Below are positions 58,176 through 64,000 of a stretch of DNA of 64,000 nucleotides, piece after piece (the first letter of the stretch is position 1; each line of letters starts with the position of its first letter). The notes under the pieces were generated by a model. The model was not told where the DNA came from. It saw only the letters and a list, made by a program, of their open reading frames with translations, and did not search any database. The position numbers and the translations under genes are program-made. Source of the DNA: an uncultured Gemmatimonadales bacterium. GTDB taxonomy: Bacteria > Gemmatimonadota > Gemmatimonadetes > Gemmatimonadales > GWC2-71-9. The stretch covers positions 128,001 through 192,000 of the forward strand of contig CAVSQW010000012.1 of NCBI GenBank assembly GCA_963730185.1. Reading direction: 5' to 3'.

Positions 58176-59126
58176 GTGTCCCGCAAGGTCGTCTTCCTGG
58201 TCGTCGTGCTCGCCCTCGCGGGCACCGCGGCCTATTCCCTCTTTCGGCCGCCGCCGGCGGAGCTGCTGCTCACCGGAATCGTCACCACCAACGACGTGAT
58301 CGTGAGCCCCCAGGTCGGCGGCCAGGTGAGCCAGCTCCTGGTCGCCGAAGGCGACTCGGTCGGCAAGGGGCAGCTGATGGCGCTCCTGGCGCCGGCCGAG
58401 CTGAGCGCCGACCGGAGCTATTTCACCCACACCGCGGAGGCGTCGACCGCCGAGGTGAGCGCCAGCGAGGCGTCGCTCGCCGCCGCGATCGCCCAGCAGG
58501 CCGAGGCAGTCGCCACCCGCGACAACACCCGTCAGATCCTCGAACGCGACTCCGCCTTGGCTCGGACCGGCGGGATCACGACCGAGGCGTTCGACGCCGC
58601 CCGGACCGCCTACACCGTCGCGGAAGCCCGGGTCAACGCAGCGGGCACCCAGGTCGCCGCCGCCCGGAGCGCCATCGCCTCCACCAAGCAGCAGCGCGAT
58701 GCGGCCCAAGCTCAGGCCGCCAAGGCGGCCGTTCGGCTCGGCTACACGGAAATCACCGCGCCGGTGGCCGGGATCGTCGACGTTCGGGCGACCCGGGTCG
58801 GCGAGGTGGTGGCCGCCGGGCAGCCGATCGTGACCCTGATCGACCCCGACGACCTCTGGGTCCGGGCCGACGTCGAGGAGTCGTACATCGACCGGATTCG
58901 GTTGGGCGACTCGCTGACCGTCCGGCTTCCTTCCGGAGCGACCCGGCGCGGGACGGTCTTCTACCGGGGCGTCGACGCCGACTTCGCGACCCAACGCGAC
59001 GTGAGCCGGACCAAGCGGGACATCAAGACCTTCGAGATCCGGCTCCGGGTGGACAACCGCGACCGCCGCCTCGCGGTCGGGATGACCGCGACGGTGGTGC
59101 TCCCCCTGCCTCCGGCCGCCTCGTGA
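58176..59126 (+). CDS. HlyD-family periplasmic adaptor (YbhG-like)
   Basis: GGAGG RBS; N-terminal TM; VSPQVGGQV..VAEGDSV, coiled coil, ITAPVAGIV..GEVV, WVRADVEE, GMTATV. Confidence 0.88.
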   Translation: MSRKVVFLVVVLALAGTAAYSLFRPPPAELLLTGIVTTNDVIVSPQVGGQVSQLLVAEGDSVGKGQLMALLAPAELSADRSYFTHTAEASTAEVSASEASLAAAIAQQAEAVATRDNTRQILERDSALARTGGITTEAFDAARTAYTVAEARVNAAGTQVAAARSAIASTKQQRDAAQAQAAKAAVRLGYTEITAPVAGIVDVRATRVGEVVAAGQPIVTLIDPDDLWVRADVEESYIDRIRLGDSLTVRLPSGATRRGTVFYRGVDADFATQRDVSRTKRDIKTFEIRLRVDNRDRRLAVGMTATVVLPLPPAAS

Positions 59127-60116
59127 GCGCGATCGAGGTCCGCGAGCTGACCCGGCGGTTCGGCACCTTCACCGCCGTCGACGGGATTTCGTTCGCCGTC
59201 GCCGAAGGTGAGGTCTTCGGGCTCCTCGGCCCGAACGGTGCCGGCAAGTCGACCCTGATCCGGATGCTGACCACGCTCCTTCAGCCGACCTCCGGCACCG
59301 CGATGGTGGGCGGCTTCGACGTGGTCCGGGAGGCCGACCGGGTCCGCCGGGTCATCGGGGTGATTCCCCAGGCGCTCACCAGCGACCTCGATCTCACGGT
59401 CGAGGAGAACCTCCTGATCTTTACCAAGCTCTATGGGGTACCGCGGGAGCGTCGCCGCGGGCTGATCGCGATGCTGCTCGACGCGGTGGAGCTGTCCAAA
59501 TGGGCCGACAAGCCGGTCAAGCAGCTCTCGGGCGGGATGCGCCGCCGGGTGGAGATCGCCCGGGGGCTGGTGCACGAGCCGCAGCATTCTCTTCCTCGAC
59601 GAACCCACCACGGGTCTCGACCCGGTTTCCCGGACGGCGGTCTGGGAGATGCTCCGCAAGCTCAAGGCGGCCCACGAGCTGACCGTGCTCCTCACCACCC
59701 ATTACATGGACGAGGCCGACCGGCTCTGTGACCGGGTGGCGATCGTCGACCACGGGCACCTGTTGGCCCTCGACTCGCCCCTGACCCTCAAGGCGGCCAT
59801 CCCGGGCGAAAACACCCTCGAGGCCAGCTTCGTGAATCCCCCGGCCGACTGGCGGGCCCGGCTGGAGGCGCTGCCGGGGGTGGAGCGGGTGGAAGGGGAG
59901 GGACCGGCCTTCCGACTCCTCTCGCGAAGCGGGCCCGAAACCACCACCGCCCTGATCGGCGCGGCCGCGTCGGCTCGGGTCACGGTCCAGACGCTCCAGG
60001 TCAAGAGCACCACGCTCGACGACGTGTTCGTCCACTACACCGGCCACGACCTCCGGGACGGGCTCCAGGAACCCAACCCGCTCGAGCGGGGACCGCTCGC
60101 CGCGCGGCGGCGGTAG
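59123..60116 (+). CDS. ABC-2 type transporter ATP-binding protein; one frameshift near 59585
   Basis: GLLGPNGAGKST, LSGGMRRR; an extra base precedes ILFLDEPTTGLDP; LTTHYMDEADRLCDR. Confidence 0.88.
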
Positions 60117-60125
60117 GGGCCGGCC

Positions 60126-61241
60126 ATGGAACGGATGTGGGCGATCGTGGAGCGCGACCTCCGCCGGTTCCGGCGGAGCCCGGCGCTGATCGTGGTATCG
60201 CTCCTTTTCCCGATCGTGCAGCTGGTGGTGCTCGGCTACGCCTTCGGCGGGCACGTCAAGGACCTCCGGGTGGCGCTGGTAGACCAAGATGGCGGGGTGC
60301 CCGCCGTCCAGATCCAGGCTCTCGGCAACGCGATCGCCGCCAACGCCCGGACCTTCACCTTCGTCCGCTACGGCGACCAGGGTCAGGCGCTCACCGCCCT
60401 CCGGAACGGGCGGGTCAATGGCGTCCTCACCATTCCGCCCGGGTTCTCCCGCCGGGTGCTGGCCGGCGAGTCGCCCCGGGTGGCGATGATCGAGGACAAC
60501 GCCGACAACTTCGTGGCGGCGACGCTGACCGGCTCGATGGCAGGACTGGTCCAGGCGTACGACCGGCGCGGACCGAGCACCCGGCGGCTGGGGACCCAAC
60601 CGGTCCTGGACGTGGTCGAGCTCTACCCTTATGTGCCCTACATCCAGTACCTGCTGCCGGGCTCGGTGGTGATGTCGATCTTCATGATGGTGATGATCGG
60701 CGGCGGGATCATCTTCATCGACGACAAGGCCCGGGGCCTGCACGAGGGCTATCTGGTCACCCCGGTCACCCGGTTCGAGCTGATCCTGGGCTTCAACATC
60801 GCCGGCGCGATCAAGGCGATCCTGGCGGGCTCGGTGCTGACCGTGATCGGGGCGCTCATCGCCGGGATCCCGCATCCCTTCGACCCGCTCCGGCTGGCCC
60901 GGGTGTCGCTGGTCATCATGGTGGGTTCGGTGGCGCTGGTGAGCATGATGTTCCTGGTCATGGTCCGGATGAGCGACCCCCTGCTCCCCCGGGCGATCTT
61001 CGGCGTCCTCAACACGCTGCTCTTCTTCCCGAGCGGCGCCGTCTACCCGCCGCAGGGCTTTCCGGGCTGGATGCGGGCCATCGCGAGGGTCGATCCGTTC
61101 ACCTACATCGTGCACGCCCTGAAGAGCCTGCTCCTCAAGAACTCCGGGTTGGCGGCGATCGGAGGAGACCTCGCCTATCTCGCCCTGTTCGCGACGGTGA
61201 CCATGACCGCGGCCACACTCCTCTTCAAGCGCGAGCTGTGA
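60126..61241 (+). CDS. ABC-2 type transporter permease
   Basis: N-terminal TM, periplasmic domain, YLLPG, C-terminal TMs, FPSGAVYP, DPFTY. Confidence 0.88.
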   Translation: MERMWAIVERDLRRFRRSPALIVVSLLFPIVQLVVLGYAFGGHVKDLRVALVDQDGGVPAVQIQALGNAIAANARTFTFVRYGDQGQALTALRNGRVNGVLTIPPGFSRRVLAGESPRVAMIEDNADNFVAATLTGSMAGLVQAYDRRGPSTRRLGTQPVLDVVELYPYVPYIQYLLPGSVVMSIFMMVMIGGGIIFIDDKARGLHEGYLVTPVTRFELILGFNIAGAIKAILAGSVLTVIGALIAGIPHPFDPLRLARVSLVIMVGSVALVSMMFLVMVRMSDPLLPRAIFGVLNTLLFFPSGAVYPPQGFPGWMRAIARVDPFTYIVHALKSLLLKNSGLAAIGGDLAYLALFATVTMTAATLLFKREL

Positions 61242-61927
61242 GCCGAGCCCGGACGACCCGCGCCCGGGGGCGGGCGTCTCCGCCCCGCGCCGAGGGCGAT
61301 ACCCGGCGGCGGTTGATCGCGTCCGCCCGGGAGCGCTTCGCCGAGGACGGATTCTGGGCCGCGTCGGTCCGCGACATCTGCCGGGCGGCCGGGGCCAACG
61401 TCGCCGCGGTGAACTACCACTTCGGTGACAAGCTCGGGCTCTATCGCGAGGTGGTGACCGAGGCCCTCGCGGCGGTGGGCGACCTCGACCCGACCATCGA
61501 CGCTCCACCCGGGAGCTCCGCCGCCGACCGGATCCGGCACTACGTCCGGAGCTACCTGCCCCGGATCGCCAAGCCGGACGAGAAGATCCTCTCGGCCCAG
61601 CGGCTCATGACCCACGAGCTCGAGACGCCGACGCCGCTCGCCCCCTGGATCGCCGAGCGGGTCATCGTCCCCCGGCTCACCTACCTGGCCCAAGCGGTGG
61701 CCGAGCTACTCGGCTGTCCCGTCTCGGACCCCCGGGTGGACCGGTGCGTGATGAGTCTCCAGGCCCAGTGCCTCTTCCATCGGCCGAACCGGTTCGCTCG
61801 CGCCGCGCTGCCCGAGCGCGACGCGGCGATGCGGGCGGACCTGGACGCGGCGGTAGATCACGTCGTGGCGTTCACGCTGGCCGGCATCGCTCGGCTCGCG
61901 ACCACGCCTCCGAGCGACCCCCAGTAG
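61238..61927 (+). CDS. TetR-family regulator with CecR/YbiH-like (DUF1956) C-terminus
   Basis: TRRRLIASARERFAEDGF..SVRDICRAAGANVAAVNYHFGDKLGLY; C-terminal HVVAFTLAGI. Confidence 0.88.
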   Translation: MSRARTTRARGRASPPRAEGDTRRRLIASARERFAEDGFWAASVRDICRAAGANVAAVNYHFGDKLGLYREVVTEALAAVGDLDPTIDAPPGSSAADRIRHYVRSYLPRIAKPDEKILSAQRLMTHELETPTPLAPWIAERVIVPRLTYLAQAVAELLGCPVSDPRVDRCVMSLQAQCLFHRPNRFARAALPERDAAMRADLDAAVDHVVAFTLAGIARLATTPPSDPQ

Positions 61928-61960
61928 CCGAGCGGAGAGCGGGCGCCGGTCGACCGGGAC

Positions 61961-61989
61961 TGGATTAAATATTAGCTCTCACTTATATT
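61961..61989 (+). promoter_or_regulatory. Candidate promoter (TGGATT-N17-TATATT) with overlapping ArsR-type inverted repeat
   Basis: AATATTAG-N6-CTTATATT (61968-61989), an AT-rich island upstream of SRPBCC-ArsR. Confidence 0.55.
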
Positions 61990-62016
61990 GAACTCGACCT
62001 TCACTTCCGAGCGGCA

Positions 62017-62673
62017 ATGACTCGACCCGTCGACGTCGCCCGTCATCTCGGCGCGGTGACCCGCACCGTGACCCGAACGGACCGGGACGGCAAGCCCGCC
62101 CGCGTCGTCATCGCCGTCCGGGAGTTCCCGTCCGACCCCGACGACGTCTGGGACGCGATCACCAGCGTCGAGCGGATCCCCCGCTGGTTTCTCCCCGTCG
62201 CCGGGGACCTCCGCCTGGGCGGGCGGTTTCAGCTCGAGGGCAACGCCGGCGGCCGGATCTTGGTCTGCGACCGGCCCCGGCATCTGGGACTCACGTGGGA
62301 GGGCGGCGGGCAGACCTCGTGGGTGGACGTGCGCCTGACGCCACTGAAGCCCGAGCGGACCCGGCTCGAATTGGAGCACGTGGCCCACGTCCCGGATGAG
62401 CTCTGGGACCAGTTCGGGCCGGGCGCGGTGGGGGTCGGCTGGGAGTCGGGCCTGATGGGGCTGGCCGAGTACCTGTCCGGAACGCCGGCCGTTACCCCGG
62501 CCGAGGGAATGGCCTGGCTCGGCACCGACGAGGGACGCCGGTTCCTTCGCGGGTCGAGCGACGCGTGGCGCGACGCGTCCATCCGGCATGGGACCCTGGC
62601 CGAGGCCGCGCGCGCCGCCGCCGAACGGACCTACGCCGCCTACACCGGCACCGGCGAGGCCGCCGATTCCTGA
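62017..62673 (+). CDS. SRPBCC/AHSA1-domain protein
   Basis: DVWDAITSVERIPRWFLPVAGDLRLGGRFQLEGNAGG, TRLELEH, GPGAVGVGW. Confidence 0.85.
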   Translation: MTRPVDVARHLGAVTRTVTRTDRDGKPARVVIAVREFPSDPDDVWDAITSVERIPRWFLPVAGDLRLGGRFQLEGNAGGRILVCDRPRHLGLTWEGGGQTSWVDVRLTPLKPERTRLELEHVAHVPDELWDQFGPGAVGVGWESGLMGLAEYLSGTPAVTPAEGMAWLGTDEGRRFLRGSSDAWRDASIRHGTLAEAARAAAERTYAAYTGTGEAADS

Positions 62674-63017
62674 TGCACGCCTTCGACATCCTGGGCAATC
62701 CGGTCCGGCGCCGGATCCTCGAGCTCCTGGCGGGTGGAGAGCTCGCCTCCGGCGACGTGGTCACGGCCGTGCAGGCGGAGTTCGGGATCACCCAACCGGC
62801 GGTGTCGCAACACCTCAAGATCCTTCGGGAGAGCGGGTTCGCCAGCGTGCGGACCGAGGGTACCCGCCGTCTCTATCTGGTCGACACCTCACCGCTCGCG
62901 GAGGTGGACCGGTGGCTGGACGGGATCCGGGCGATGTGGGAGCGGCGGCTCGATGCCCTCGCGACCGAGATCGTGCGGGGCAAGCGGAAAGGGAAGGCCC
63001 GAGGGCTCGTGAAGTAG
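62673..63017 (+). CDS. ArsR/SmtB-family transcriptional regulator
   Basis: FDILGNPVRRRILELL, ITQPAVSQHLKILRESG, GTRRLY; TGATG coupling. Confidence 0.9.
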   Translation: MHAFDILGNPVRRRILELLAGGELASGDVVTAVQAEFGITQPAVSQHLKILRESGFASVRTEGTRRLYLVDTSPLAEVDRWLDGIRAMWERRLDALATEIVRGKRKGKARGLVK

Positions 63018-63044
63018 TGGAGGTGAATCCGCCAGGAGATCGTC

Positions 63045-64000
63045 ATGACCACATCCGGCTCAGTCCACCTCAGCCGCCGCACGGTGCTTGCCGCCGCCGC
63101 GGCCACGCTGGTCACGTCGCCCCTCGAGCGGCTGGCCGGTCGTCGCGCGGCCGGGCGTTTGGTGGTCGATGGGCTCGACACCTCGGTGGTCAACGACGGG
63201 TTCCTGGACCTCGTCAGGCAGGGAGGCGCCGACTGCGTCCATAAGACACTCTACCGTCTCGACTCCTTCACCGAGCTTCACCAGTTCGTGTCCCGGCGCT
63301 CGGAGAGAGCCGTGGTCGCGACGACGGTCGCCGAAATCCGCGCCGCCCGGTCGGGAGGCAAGATCGCGTTCGTGCTGGGGGTCCAGGCGGCCGGCGGCGC
63401 CTACGGCAACGGCCTGGACGAGGCGATGGACCAGGCGCCGCTCGGAAGCCTCGCGCTACTCGGCCCCGCGCTCGACCGCTACTACGAGCAGGGCCTCCGG
63501 ATCCAGGGCCTCTGCTACAACGGCTACAATGTCTTCGGCAGCGGCTGCCTCGACCACACGGTCCCGCTCACCCGGGCCGGGCGCCGCCTGGTAGAGGAGA
63601 TCCACCGGCGCCGGATCCTGCTCGATGTCGGCGGCCACACCGGTGAGCGGACCAGCCTCGACGCGATCGAGCTCTCGCCCGGGACGCCAGTCGTCGTGAC
63701 CCATACGAACTTCGCGTCCCTCAATCCCAACATCCGCTGCATTTCGGACCGTCTGGCGGAGCGAGTCGCCGCCACGGGAGGCGTGATCGGCCTCACCGCC
63801 GTAAGCGACTTCCTGATGCGGAGCGCCCAAGTGGCGAAGCGCGACGGACCGACCAGCCCCCTGGCCAGCTTGGACCGGCTGCTCGACGACTTCGACTACG
63901 GCAGGCGCCTGGTCGGGGCCGAGCACCTGGGCCTCGGCCCGGACTTCCTCTGGGGCCAGGGAGAGGTCTCGGTCGATCCGCGGGATGCCGCCACCTTCAC
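63045..64000 (+). CDS. Membrane dipeptidase (peptidase M19) family, Tat signal; runs off the window end
   Basis: Manual translation after an AGGAG RBS: SRRTVL, VVDGLD, GLRIQGLCYN..NVFGSGC, LTRAGRRLV, LLDVGGHTG, VTHTN, RCISD, GGVIG, HLGLGPDF. Confidence 0.85.
   Translation, partial: MTTSGSVHLSRRTVLAAAAATLVTSPLERLAGRRAAGRLVVDGLDTSVVNDGFLDLVRQGGADCVHKTLYRLDSFTELHQFVSRRSERAVVATTVAEIRAARSGGKIAFVLGVQAAGGAYGNGLDEAMDQAPLGSLALLGPALDRYYEQGLRIQGLCYNGYNVFGSGCLDHTVPLTRAGRRLVEEIHRRRILLDVGGHTGERTSLDAIELSPGTPVVVTHTNFASLNPNIRCISDRLAERVAATGGVIGLTAVSDFLMRSAQVAKRDGPTSPLASLDRLLDDFDYGRRLVGAEHLGLGPDFLWGQGEVSVDPRDAATF

Noticed and set aside
1..64000. tRNA/rRNA genes, IS elements, integrases, prophage or anti-phage defence genes
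   Set aside because: None recognized; nearly all sequence is accounted for by metabolic, transport and regulatory genes of uniform composition.

Overview
GC-rich bacterial chromosomal segment with about 50 genes. Gene content (SusC/SusD pair, ADOP-type permease with PadR, barrel-less TonB-plug protein, many Tat/Sec signals) suggests Gemmatimonadota, which is an inference. Left to right: a truncated coiled-coil/HhH protein, an amidohydrolase, glnA, a gabT-potABCD polyamine operon, a periplasmic sugar-oxidation cluster (gluconate-2-DH subunit 3, GMC oxidoreductase, two TIM-barrel sugar isomerase-family proteins, a beta-propeller), an SSS symporter-nucleotidyltransferase-GHMP kinase operon, ogt, a lipid kinase, PadR/ADOP permease and a nitrilase-hydrolase-aminotransferase operon. 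Next is a ~25 kb polysaccharide utilization locus (32997-57819) combining starch genes (SusC/D, four GH13, GH97, MalQ, maltose-type MFS) with beta-galactan genes (GH2, GH147-like, GH53), followed by an HlyD/ABC/TetR efflux operon, SRPBCC/ArsR and a partial M19 dipeptidase. No rRNA, tRNA, CRISPR array, transposase or integrase was seen. Many single-base frameshifts probably reflect long-read consensus errors. The best candidates for something new are a sugar-salvage operon whose galactokinase-like kinase has Lys in place of the conserved sugar-binding Glu (possible uronic-acid salvage), and the regulator-less hybrid starch/galactan PUL with candidate operators. All family calls come from motif recognition by eye, not database searches.
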